The translations under genes and the position numbers were made by a program. This document shows positions 49,578 through 60,749 of a stretch of 64,000 nt of DNA, in pieces (position 1 is the stretch's first letter; each line of letters opens with the position of its first letter). Origin of the DNA: Klebsormidium nitens. Lineage: Eukaryota > Plantae > Klebsormidiophyceae. The DNA lies in NCBI GenBank assembly GCA_000708835.1, contig DF237134.1, positions 1 to 64,000 of the forward strand, given 5' to 3'. The notes below the pieces were generated by a model that was given only the letters and a program-made list of their open reading frames with translations, was not told the origin of the DNA and did no database searches.

Positions 49578-51147
49578 GTGAGCTGGCACTCCTGGTCCGC
49601 ATTATACTCATGAAGCCATACAACGTTTGTCATTCATCCTGGTTCAGTCGTTCCGGGATCAGGTCTTGTCTTTGTGGCGTCGTTGCTTGGTCGGCCTTGA
49701 TCGAAATCGCTCAGATGGTGGCACAATATCAGTAGTTCAAGTGATACCCGGGTCTTGATTTTCAAGCAAGCGACGAGCTGCGTAAGTTCATCGAGTCATA
49801 GGGAGCTCGCCAAACCTGCTTCGCAAATGAACACTGGTAAGAGCTAACTTGGACAGAATGACGCATTCAAGCATCTTGTTTCTATTCACTAGGAGGAGCT
49901 AGGCCAGCTTTTTGAGTATCTTCATTGTTCTCAAAGATTGTGCGCTTCTTCCATTTTAGTATGCGAAAAGGGATTTCTTAAGTAAACGCGGACGAAGGTG
50001 TGGTGGACCACAGAACGACGTTTGTGAGTTTCCTAAGGGACAAACAACCAATCTGTTGTTTGTTGCTACGTTTTTTCTTGCACGGCCGACTTGAACTCTT
50101 GTTGTGATGCAGCTTGCACCCGCTTCATGCATGGCATGACAAACGACTGGGGGCACTCATCAGAGTGAAGTCCACCAATCCGCAATCACCAAGTGATACA
50201 CGTTCACTTCAGGCAAGCAGCCCATCGTCGGGCGAAGCCGGCTTTTCAGCGCAACGTAGCAGTGTTTTCTCAAAGCCGTGGGGAAAAAGAGAATTGCATA
50301 ACACTTGTACAGCTTACAGCACGCATACGACTTACCTTCGCTTTGTGACTACTGTACATACTAGTAGGCCCCCTGACCGCAGAAACTTTTGCAAGAGTCC
50401 GGCAAGTATGATCAGTGAGTTTAAGGGCTCGAATGTGAGACTCCTCTCATTGGAAGCGTCCTCGACATTCAAAATGTTGGACGGTCTGTGCCTTCGTGTA
50501 AGCTTTTCAATGCAAAGTCCCTTGCCGCATGTTAGAATGTATTAGTGTGTACTGTCTATGTGGATCAAAAGCTACCAAAATTCCATGCATCTCAAATATC
50601 AAGGATCGGGCCTTGATCGACATGAGCTCTCATTAATGATTCAACGCTTACAGCGCAGCGTTTCACAATGACACTGCTATACCTCAACTTGAGCATCTCC
50701 CTCAGTGCCATCATCTATTCCGAGCAGTGCCATGCAGATCACCATGCAGCCTGCACGCTGCAGAGTCCGCACTGCAGTTGCAAGCCGCGGCCGCCCGCGC
50801 GGCGACCGGAACGGCACCGTCGGCCAGCTGTGCGCGCGCTCGTCCCATGATGGAGCATGGAGAGTCGAGACACTGAGGCAAAAAGGTCAAAGAACGGAGT
50901 TGTAAAAGTGTTCACATGCTACTTTACGCGCAAGGTGCGTCAGCATATTTGGGCCAATTCAACAACCCGGGCACTCTGCACTCCTCGGTGAATATCCACA
51001 CATTTGGGTTAAGGGCTGGGTAACCGCAAGACAACCGGATGGTTTGTGAGGGTCAGCTCGATCATGGTTAAAGCTTCCGAGCTGATACGGAATACTAGGT
51101 AATGGCTTCGGTATTTGGGCTTCAGTCTTTTTTGCTTGTACGTTCAG

Positions 51148-51647
51148 CAGGGTTTCCCACAGCCGGCACGCTGGGGCGGACCTGGCCGGTAGATTTGCCA
51201 ACCCGGCCGGTGCCGAAGGCACCCTGCCGGCTGTGGGCCGGCCCTGCAGCCGGCTCTGCCAGGACCCTGCCAGCCAGAGCCTAATAGACTGGTCGCTTAA
51301 CAATCGTCTTAACCGCTCGACCAAGAGTCTAGATTCTAAAAACATCGAAAAGGATCGAGAATACCTGCAGCTTTGTACGGCAATGTGAGGATACAGCTAG
51401 GCACGACAAGGCAACCCCTAAACTTTGTGGTCGAAAGGTGGCTTGAACCCCGGGGAGACCCAACCACCTGGTTAAAAGGGCCCAGCCCGCGCGGGGGGGT
51501 CCCCCGGGAGCTCCGGCCGTCACCCATTAACGCCAGGCTTGCATCATGGGCAAAGGTGGCCGGCCGGCGCAGCCGGCCAGCCAGCCGGTACGACCGAGGG
51601 GGTGCCGGCAGGGGGCCGGCCGGGACGAAAGTCCATGGGAAACCCTG
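51148..51647. mobile_element. Non-autonomous hAT-superfamily MITE (500 bp)
   Basis: 12-bp perfect TIR CAGGGTTTCCCA / TGGGAAACCCTG; 8-bp TSD ACGTTCAG at 51140-51147 and 51648-51655; clustered subterminal GCCGGC motifs at both ends; no transposase ORF. Confidence 0.92.
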
Positions 51648-52479
51648 ACGTTCAGACGCCGGTTACTTTTAATAGTACTTTAAGTTGACTTGAGAAGAGG
51701 TGACTCGTGCAGGAACGCGCTGGCTGCTAGAGCTGTAGTTGGCCTCTGCCCGGTAGCTTGTATGAGTAGCATAGGGTCGCTCGGTGCTTTTGCTAAGGTT
51801 TCTTGCTACCGCATGCGCGAAGACGCAATCGTCGACAATCTGGCGGCCGACAGTGCCGGCCTTGGTAACACTCGGCTGGTAACACTGTTACAACTCCGTT
51901 CTTTGGCAGAGAATTGGTAGGAAAGGGTTCGCGAGGGCGCGCAATTTCCATAAAGTTCGCCGCTCTCGACGGAAAAGACCGTTTACTCATTGGTTAAAAG
52001 ATTTGTCGTTAGCGCTCAGAAACCGGAGGCCGTACAGCCACAGATCGGACGGTGACACACCGCGTCCCGTCTAAACATTCAGTCAAGCTGAAACCGTCGG
52101 ATATGGCGGAGCGTTGGCCACACGGTTAGTCCGTACGAGTTGGATCCACGTCAGCTCAGATGCAATGTCCAGGAAACGCGACTTGCTCACCGATTGGTTA
52201 CATTTTCGGAACCCCCGCAAAGTAACCGAGTGAACGCGCGTCGGGTTTTTGTTCAAATCCAATGCATCAACCTATGTCTCAGGTCAGCTTCAATTTGGTT
52301 CCGCGTTTCGTGGTTAACAATAGGTAATGGGTTTCGTAATCCAACGCAGCCCCTCTGCCCGGGCATAATTGTACTACTTGCGACACTGAGCTAGGCTAGC
52401 GAGACTGCATTTACCGCTCAGCCGCAGCGCTCGCCTACATGACTAGAATTCTGAGGTCATCAGCAGTGCGCCAAACGCA

Positions 52480-55400
52480 ATGGCGGCACAGCTCGCTCAC
52501 AGCACGGCGCGTCAATGTGGGCCCTCATTGCCGGCGGCATCTAGCAGGTGCAGTCAGGGCGTAGAATGTAACCTGCCCGCACAATTGGGCACACCACATC
52601 GCATTTGCGCATCAGTGGCAATCCTGAGAACTTCTGAGCACCGGAGACTTTCTGCGTAAGTTGCTTCACCACCACCTTCTTCAGCTTTTGTCAGAAGGAT
52701 TTGCAGAGAATTTTGCTGAGTTGGCTCGTATTATCTGTATTCAAGAACGGTGCAATTTTAAGGGCAATTGGTAGACTGAAAAGTGAGGTATGTTCAGTCA
52801 GAACAATCTAGCAATTGTCAATCTGGTGCTTGGGAATCAACAGGGTGCATAGTAACAAGGAACTTCTTCAAAAACTTTGCTGATACTTTTGGTTTTTATT
52901 TGAGCTGCAGTGGGGGATCAAGCGGCTACAGCGGGTATCAGCAGCATCCTCTTCCATTTTCAAGTGAGAAGATCTCTTTCATTCACACCACCAAGAAAGC
53001 GAGGCCCTGGGAACAAGTCGCAGCTTTTCCTTATTTGATCAGATCAAAAGGTTGTAGCAAGCAATGCATGCAAGCCAAGGCTTTTGTATCCTTGAAATGG
53101 TGCTTGAGGAGGGGTTGCAACTAAACTTTCGTGCAGAGTTGGACAACTAACTCATAAGTAGAGGCTTAGGATTGGGGAGATGGTCAAATTCGATGATCAT
53201 CCTTACTGTAGACCCACAATGTGGTTGTTCTTTCAGAAACTTCAGGGAAACGGTTTTCCTGCCTTGCCAAGAAGGATGACAAGAATGGGGACGATTTGAC
53301 CAAGAAGAATGGCAAGCAGAAAGAGCCAAAGGAGAAGGCGGTCATGGAAGACTTCCCCGTCCCCAACTGGGAAGGGATTGAAAGAAAGGTCAGTACTCCA
53401 CCACCCTTTTTCCGTCTCCATCAAGAATATACACTGTCTGCAATACGTGCATGATGTTTCTGACCAATCTAGATGCCTTGTCCACATACGCCCCTGTAAA
53501 GACGATTGCGAATCTGTGGGATAATCAAGTAACAGCATGGGGTCTGGGTCAATCAAGTGGATATGGGAGCCCCTGTATTGAGATTGAACTAGTACCCTCG
53601 TTTTTGTGCACCAGGCGCACTTCTCAGATGATGCTTCAAAGACCCTCGTTTTGGAGAAGAAGACGGGAAAGCGGGAGTACAACTACGATAAGGAGTTGGA
53701 GAAGCTGCAGCTGGAGTTGGTAAAATTGCAGGAATGGATCAAAAACAAAGGTGAGAGGCAGCGCTTTTCAGGTGGAACTGCGCTTTGCATTGATTCCTGT
53801 GCTTGTTTCGCATCTACCTTTTTGAAGCAGGATGTCGCTGGAGAACGACCTTCTCCAAAATATACTTATCTCACTAACATACTGTCAATCAGTCGCTGCA
53901 AGTTGGAATATCTGTAGCTTTCGTAACAGTCATACTCCTCTTGGGGACAAATAGCGTTTCTCCTTCCTTTGCAGGATTGCGAGTTGTCACCATTTTTGAA
54001 GGCCGGGATGCAGGTGAGTTACAAAGGCCGGTACTGCAGGCCTTGCCGTTTCGCAAGGCGTTTCGGGCTTATATTTGGTCAGACCAGACCAAGGACACTG
54101 TGTATGTAGTAGTTCAACTTTTGTCTGACCACAGATTCATACTAAGAATTCTTACACAGAGCGAACCTTGTCAGCCAGGACGGCTGTCTTTGTTTCTTTT
54201 TTCCTGAGGCTTGTTCTTCCTTGCTCACCTCCTTTCCTCTCTAGCCTTGTAGCCATTTCGCCAAGTCGACTGGGCTTTCTTTCCCAACAACATTTCTTTT
54301 GTGCGGTGCAGCTGGCAAGGGCGGCATCATCAACACCATCTCCTCGCCTCTCAACCCGCGCATCGTGTCGGTCCACGCATTGGGGACGCCGTCGGACCGT
54401 GAAAAGACGCAGTGGTATTTCCAGCGGTACGTCAAGGAGCTGCCGGCGGCGGGCGAGTGGGTCATCTTCGACCGCTCCTGGTACAATCGAGCGGGCGTCG
54501 AGAAGGTGCGCCAAATCCAGCAAACCCGCTTTTGCGCAAGGATCAGGAGCCATGAATCCCCACGTGCACTTCTCTCCAATCTCAGCACACACCGTTCTGT
54601 TTTGTGCAACGTGAAATGGAAGAGCAGAGGAAGAGCCAAGTGGCTTTTCGGCCTTGGTTGACACCTAAGTTTCGTTCCGCTCGGGCGATGGACTCGCTGT
54701 GTAACGAAAAGTGGCGCTTGTCTCGGCCGTTCCTGCTACGTTTTGGCCTTTCCTTTCGGGTCCTACTGACAAAGATTAGCCCCTGAAGATTGATTTTGAT
54801 AGCTCACTCGGCTTGCTTGGAATCCTTATCGACGTCATGCGTTGCCTTCAGGAAGCCCGAGCGCTAGACAGGGGTTTGAGCGGAGCAAAGTACGATCTGT
54901 ACGAATGTCGTTCAAGGCCGGTAAAGCTGAATTGCTTCGACTTCCCGTCCACTGGTGCTCCCTTTATACACAGTTGTCTCTAAGGCAAGACACATCCATC
55001 ATGGTTGCGATTGCTGTGCAGGTCATGGGCTTCTGTACAGACGAGCAGTACACAGAGTTCCTGGACTCGTGCCCCCTCTTCGAGCGCATGCTGGTCAGAT
55101 CAGGTGAAGCCTCATCCTTGATTTTTCACGATGCACAGGTTCGATCTCTGACGCTCTAAACCAGACAAAGACATGCTCCCGATGTTCAATGCGTTGTTTC
55201 AATCAATCTGGTACAAGAACTCAGCAAGCCCCCTTTCTTGCCGGTTTTTGATGATTGAACACTCAGGCGTGGTAATTTCAACGCGCACATTACTTAAGAT
55301 GTCTCGTCGAGCTCGACCTCTTGCTCGGGACAGATAAAGAGCGGGAGAAAGGCGCGAGGTGGTTTTTCATGGTCGAGTTTAGACCGTGAGCTGCTTAGCG

Positions 55401-57028
55401 CACTTACACGTTGTTGCAGGTATCATTCTCCTCAAGTACTGGGTATCTGTCAGCCCGGAGGAGCAGGAGAGGAGATTCAAGGTACGATCTCCAGTCCTCC
55501 CCAATCGCACACAACTCATCTAGACTCGGTTCCGCTGCCGCTGTTAACGCGCTTGTCTAATAAAGCCAGTAATACTTTGGGTGTGTTTTCGCAGACTGCT
55601 CATTTGGTAGGGTTCTCGATCTCGACTGTCGAGGGTACCATGTGAGTATTGTGTTAATGTTTCTCCCTACTTAGAATCCGTAGTGGCGCTGACTATTTGC
55701 CTTCAAGCAAAGATCGTATCGCATCCTGTCCAGAACAGCTCCTTTCTTCGCTTGAGTTGAGTTGAGTTGAGTTGAGTTGAGTTGGGTCGAGTCGAGTCCC
55801 TAAAACCCTAAAACCCTAAAACGATAACCCCTAAATCCCCAAATCCCGCTCACTTTTCGTCCGTGCTTTTGGATTCCAGGAGCGCCTGCACCGGCCCGAG
55901 AAGCGGTGGAAGCTATCACCCATGGATCTGTACGCACGATCGAGGTCAGCATTCTTACCGCCTCTGCTCGTTCTGCCTTTCTAGCCGCCCTTCGTTGCGT
56001 GCACAGGTGTTCAAGAACCTCTATTATCCAAGGTCCGGGATACATGATGAGTGCGACTTTCTTTGCAACAGAAAGCAACCGTGAGCGTTTCCGCCCCTGC
56101 TGTGGCCAGAACCCTCTCGAGGAACCACGTCTGATTGAAGTTGTGCATACGGCGGTGTCAGCCAAAAGAGAAATGCTGGCAACAAGGTCCCGGTCAGTGA
56201 TGAAGCTTGTCGCTGAGCTGCCTGGGTACAGTGATAAGCAACTTCGCCAAGGTCGTTTGAATCGATCTTTTTCAAAAGCTGGGGACCTTGAACTCTCGTG
56301 CCCTTTGGCAGGTGGGGCGACTACTCGTATGCGAAGGACATCATGTTCCAGGCTACGGACACTAAGCAGGTAAGCTGATCCGCCTACAGGCGGCCTCCTT
56401 AAGCTGCCTCTTGACCCGTTCAAAAAAATAGAGTCCTTTTGCGGACGCATGTTTTGGAATCCCGTTCATTGATTCGTATATGCACTCTGGTGCTCTATGG
56501 AGGTCGAAAGATGCTGCCGGTTTCCAATAGAGGCGTCGTTCGTTTGTGGGCTGCCCCCGAGACGCTTGTGGGCACTCCGTCTTTCTCTGCTGGGACGAGG
56601 TCATCTGTCTACTCTTTACTCCCCGCGTTTGTAAACCGTAGTAACCCTTCTTATCCATTGTTGATTTGCGTCCTCCCCGCGTTTGTAAACTGTAGCATCG
56701 CTTCTTGTCCATTGTTGATTTGCATCCTCCCAGCCTTTGTAAACTGTAGCATCGCTTCTTATTCATTGTTGATTTGCGTCCTCCCAGCCTTTGTAAACTG
56801 TAGCATCGCTTCTTATCCATCATTGGTTTGCGTCGACAGTGTCCTTGGTACGTGATCCCCGGGGACGACAAGAAGGCGGCCCGGCTGAACACCATCCAGC
56901 ACATCCTGGACCAGTTCAACTACGAGGACCTCATCGTGCCGGACGACCTGGAGCTGCCGCCCCGGCAGGAGGACAAGTACGTGCGGCCCCCGCTGCAGGA
57001 CCAGACTTTTGTGCCGCAAAAGTTCTGA
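52480..57028 (+). CDS. ppk2: Polyphosphate kinase 2 (class I, P. aeruginosa PPK2-type) with putative plastid transit peptide, 11 exons
   Basis: Spliced motifs YDKELEKLQLELVKLQEWI, FEGRDAAGKGG, LNPR, QWYFQRY, IFDRSWYNRAGVEKVMGFC, FERMLVRSG, KYW.SVS.EEQ.RRF, WKLSPMD, YSYAKD.MF.ATDT, PWYVI.GDDKK.ARLN. Phase-compatible 5' exons at 52480-52655, 52911-52963 and 53237-53388 (these are less certain than the core). Confidence 0.92.
55753..55846. repeat. (TGAGT)n microsatellite followed by an interstitial telomere-like (CCCTAAAA)3 tract, in PPK2 intron 8
   Basis: About 6 GAGTT units, then CCCTAAAA x3 at 55798-55821 and degenerate CCCTAAA-like units to ~55846. Confidence 0.85.
56621..56839. repeat. 54-bp minisatellite x4 at the 3' end of the last PPK2 intron
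   Basis: Units start at 56621, 56675, 56729 and 56783 (CCC.GC.TTTGTAAAC.GTAG...GATTTGC.TCCT); the last unit ends in the acceptor GACAG. Confidence 0.92.
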
Positions 57029-58653
57029 TGAGACGATCGAAAGTCAGTTGTGGAAGTACCGTAGCTACATAGAAGTAGGATCGAAGTAGGTGGAAGCAGG
57101 TACGTATGCTTTGTAGCCGCAGCGGGGTTGTATTTGTAAATGCCTGCGATTAGTGCAACGTAGTGTTAGGCTCAGCTCTTGTAGGGTTTGTAGAACGACT
57201 GGCACTTGCAAGAATTACTTAGGGAGTAGGGTCGGAGCATCCAGTCGACAAGAACCAGATGTCTGTCAAGAGTTCAGGATAGGTAATAAGCCAGGGTTTG
57301 GGAAGCTTTTGAATATCGTTTTTAGGCAGAAGTGTTTGTACGCCCCATCGACTTGACCTTATTAATGCTCCTACCTATCGACTGCATACATATGTACGAG
57401 GCGAAGCCCTTTGTACTGCAGCTGCTACACGTGCCAAAACCCTGGTCCAGGGCGGTTAAGGGCTTGATGCAGGGACTCGTCGCTTTGTACGATCGGACAC
57501 GCACTCGATCTCACTTGAATCAGCAGGACAGGTTCTCTCAACGCGAGACTCGTATACACTGACTGGTCGGAACCACGTGACACTCGTCTGCTATAATCTA
57601 AGGGTACTTCCTGATTATTTCAGCGGACGGTCCTTGACTGCATGAACAGACATGTTATTGAAGACCGACGGTACATGTCAGCCTGCATTTCAAGCATCGT
57701 CAAAGATCAGTGACAAGATAAGTCCGACAGGTGAATATGCTAAAGTAAATGTCGTGCGATCCATTCAACAAAGTCGCACAATCAGATTGCAGATTGCATG
57801 CGCATATATCATGCCTGCATGCATGCACGAGTGAGTCGCGAACGATCGGAAGACTGTAACGGGTCGCGAGCTAGCTGAAACGCGGCTGCTCAAGAATCAG
57901 CAATTATAACTTATATATATCCAATATCAGAGATCAAGATTCTCAAAGTCCCTAGCTGTTGTTGTACTCGTATTGGATCGATCGCCGATCCTTGTTTGAT
58001 GTGAAGCAGATACCTGCACGAGGCTTGTGGTTCTAGCGTCTGATCGTGTGCTCAAGCATGGCGAGAGTGTTTCAAGCTCAATTCATGCTGATACCCATCA
58101 TCTGCAAAGAGCAGGAAGAACGTCTAGTCAAGTCAAGGCTATGCATCTATAATGGTAACCGGCGGAGCCGATCAGTGTTGCGGCTGCACGTAATGGGCAC
58201 TTGCCGCCTGCGGCCGCCATCCGAGTTGTACACGGCAGAGTTTGATCCAGGATCAGCTGTCAAATGTGTACTTAACAAACAAGAGATTTTCTCATCCACA
58301 ACCGCATTGTTTCCCGAAGGACTCGGGACGAGTTCGGTGACATGTAAGGAATTCTGACGGTTTTCAAATGGAGAGCAGAGAGGAACGAACTTAAAGTCAA
58401 GAGCTTGTCAGCAGCAACTCGCCCCTGAAATTCAAAACTAGATTGTAGAACCAAAGTAGTCTCGGCCGCTGGATAGAAGCAAATACGTGACCACACGATA
58501 TCGCTGAGATGGGGATGCATACGGATCAACGGGGCGACCACTGTACATCACCCGTTGACCCGTCGCGCTTCTACCAGTGGGCAGCTGTATCAACATACTG
58601 AGGTGTATGGAACTTCCGCCAAACCTTTCTGCTTATCCAGACTGAAAACTCAC

Positions 58654-59170
58654 CTCTGCTGAAATTCCGCAACAAGTTGAGGCAATCGTCCCAATCTGGG
58701 GGACGGGAGTGCCCGTCCAATAGCAGCTTCACATAATACGCAAAAGTGATGACAATTCCACTGCGTCGCCCTGTATATCCTGTTCTTCACGCGAGTCAAG
58801 TAGTCAATAACCTTCTCAATCGTTGCCGTCGGTCGCACCTTGGGAGGCCACTGGGCTCCCTGCTTGTATCTGACCTTCACCGATTCTGCATTCGTCATGA
58901 GCTTAGACGAGACGTTTGCAACGCGGCACCGGACTGGGTCGGCATACAGCTCCAAACGCACCGTTTCCAGAGGGGCATGCAGCAACACCGCAGAGTGACG
59001 AGCGTCCCACACGTTTGAACGCCCTCATTCACTACCCAAACCAAAAGTGAGACTATCCAAGAAGAAGCTCGCAAGCCCGACTGGGGTGGTCATTCCTGGT
59101 TCGTCAAATTGCCCCTGCACGTGGTCTACTTGGCAGAATGCGCGTGCCGGGGGAACCGCTCGCGCAGCTC
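58654..59170 (-). pseudogene. Possible permuted papain-like (PPPDE/LRAT-like) peptidase exon, interrupted by an in-frame TGA
   Basis: Frame reads ...LDSLTFGLGSE*GRSNVWDARHSAVLL...IYRATQWNCHHFC. It carries His and Y-x5-NC-x-HF motifs and ends at a canonical GTGAGT donor (58653). TGA at 59027-59025. Confidence 0.4.
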
Positions 59171-60749
59171 TGCAATCACGTTGTCAGCACCAATGATGAC
59201 TGGGGACTCGTTGTCAGCATTCCGGGGCCTCTGAAACCCCACCCTTACCGCAATTGCCAGAAGCGAACGGGGCGCTAGACAGGGTTGAGGCATTGCTGCC
59301 CATGTTCAAGCACTCAGGCTATTGGAGCACAAAACAAAGGAGATTGTTTTCTGCTGAAATCGTGTCCCCTTCTTCTATTTTACCGTCAAGCTTAATCCTA
59401 GTTATGCTTCTAGACTTCGAGAGCGCCGCCTTCCCCTGAACCTTGGGGATCATCAAGATCAAAGTAAAGACGCATCGGAAAAAGGACGGCACTTGCAGAA
59501 CAGAGATTCATATGGATTTGGCTAGGTCTCTTGGGGCTCTTCTTGAGGTGACGTGACCTGTTGCGTCGCATCCAAGCTTTCTCGTGTATCCTCTGAATTT
59601 TCCCCCTTGTCGTATCAACTAAGTATGACGACGTGACGTGTATCATCGTTCATTCTGTAAATTCGAAGTAACGAGATTGCACATTCACACTACCGTAAAC
59701 CGTACAAAATTTACGCGCATCCGTCCCGCACGTATGATGATATCGATCTGATGATAGCTTGTCAGCTAAAAGAGACAAGCAAAATTTTTGCTTGACAAGC
59801 AATCTTTCAGCTTGACAAGGTGACACGCTGGCGATCGTTGTTCCGAAGAGACAACCTGCTGCACGCAGAGCACATGCGCAGCGCCCTTGCTGTTGTTCCA
59901 CCCGAAGCAATCGTAGCATGCGCCACTGATCAGCTAGACTACTACAATGCAGTTCGCCGCTGAACGATCTGCCGCTGTGTCGCTGGACTGGTCACCGTAA
60001 AAATTCACGATTGATTTGCTTTGGCTTCCAAAGTACCTCAGCAAAAGCGAATGACAATTCCATCAGGCACCTCGTTTTCTCGTCCAGAGGCAACTCTGCC
60101 TCTTTCTCTGGGGTATGCGACATAGAACAAGCCCCAGATTTGCGCTGTGTTCGAAACAGTCGGCAAAAAGCAGCACCGATGTCTAAGCCGAGACCCGGGT
60201 AAGCGAAAGGGCGAGCTATTAGTATGGGCAAATCAGTTGTACAGCCTCCGTCTATGTAGTGGGACTTTACGTTACCAACGCTTCGCGACTTCTCCCCCGT
60301 GTTCGCTCCGACCGGCGTCTCCCTTTGTGCTTGGCATCCCTAGTTGCATCCGGGTCATTGAAACTGTGAGGCAGGTTTACCTGCATAACAAGGGTTTGAT
60401 GCGCTGAGACTTCGGAACGTAGAAGCAGAGAAGAAGGAATGTTAAGAAAGTCTCAAAGGACCAGAATCTGCTGGTGGCGTGAGGAATGAAGCAATATTCT
60501 TCGTCCAAGCTGCAGTTGAGACGGGGATAGGTTGGATATCAGAGAATCTCCTCGAGCAGGTGCCTGCTTCCAGAAAGCGGCCACAAGAAAACGGCAAGGT
60601 TTGTCAGATGTCTGCCGGTCGAACTACTCCAAGCAGAAGGCTCATGATTGGCGCAAGAGCTCCCGCATTGCAACACACTCAATTGGACAACACAGAGGAC
60701 TTCCCGACAAGTGTTTCTCACCCTCGTTCAACGAACCTCTCGCTGGTTT

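Noticed and set aside
56362-56919. Minus-strand ORF with repeated MDKKRCYSLQ, and a possible CRISPR-like array
   Set aside because: It is the translation of an intronic 54-bp minisatellite. The units abut with no unique spacers, the context is eukaryotic, and there are no cas genes.
53600-57028. PPK2 as bacterial contamination or a chimeric contig
   Set aside because: The coding sequence is interrupted by GT-AG introns in consistent phases, like the neighbouring host genes.
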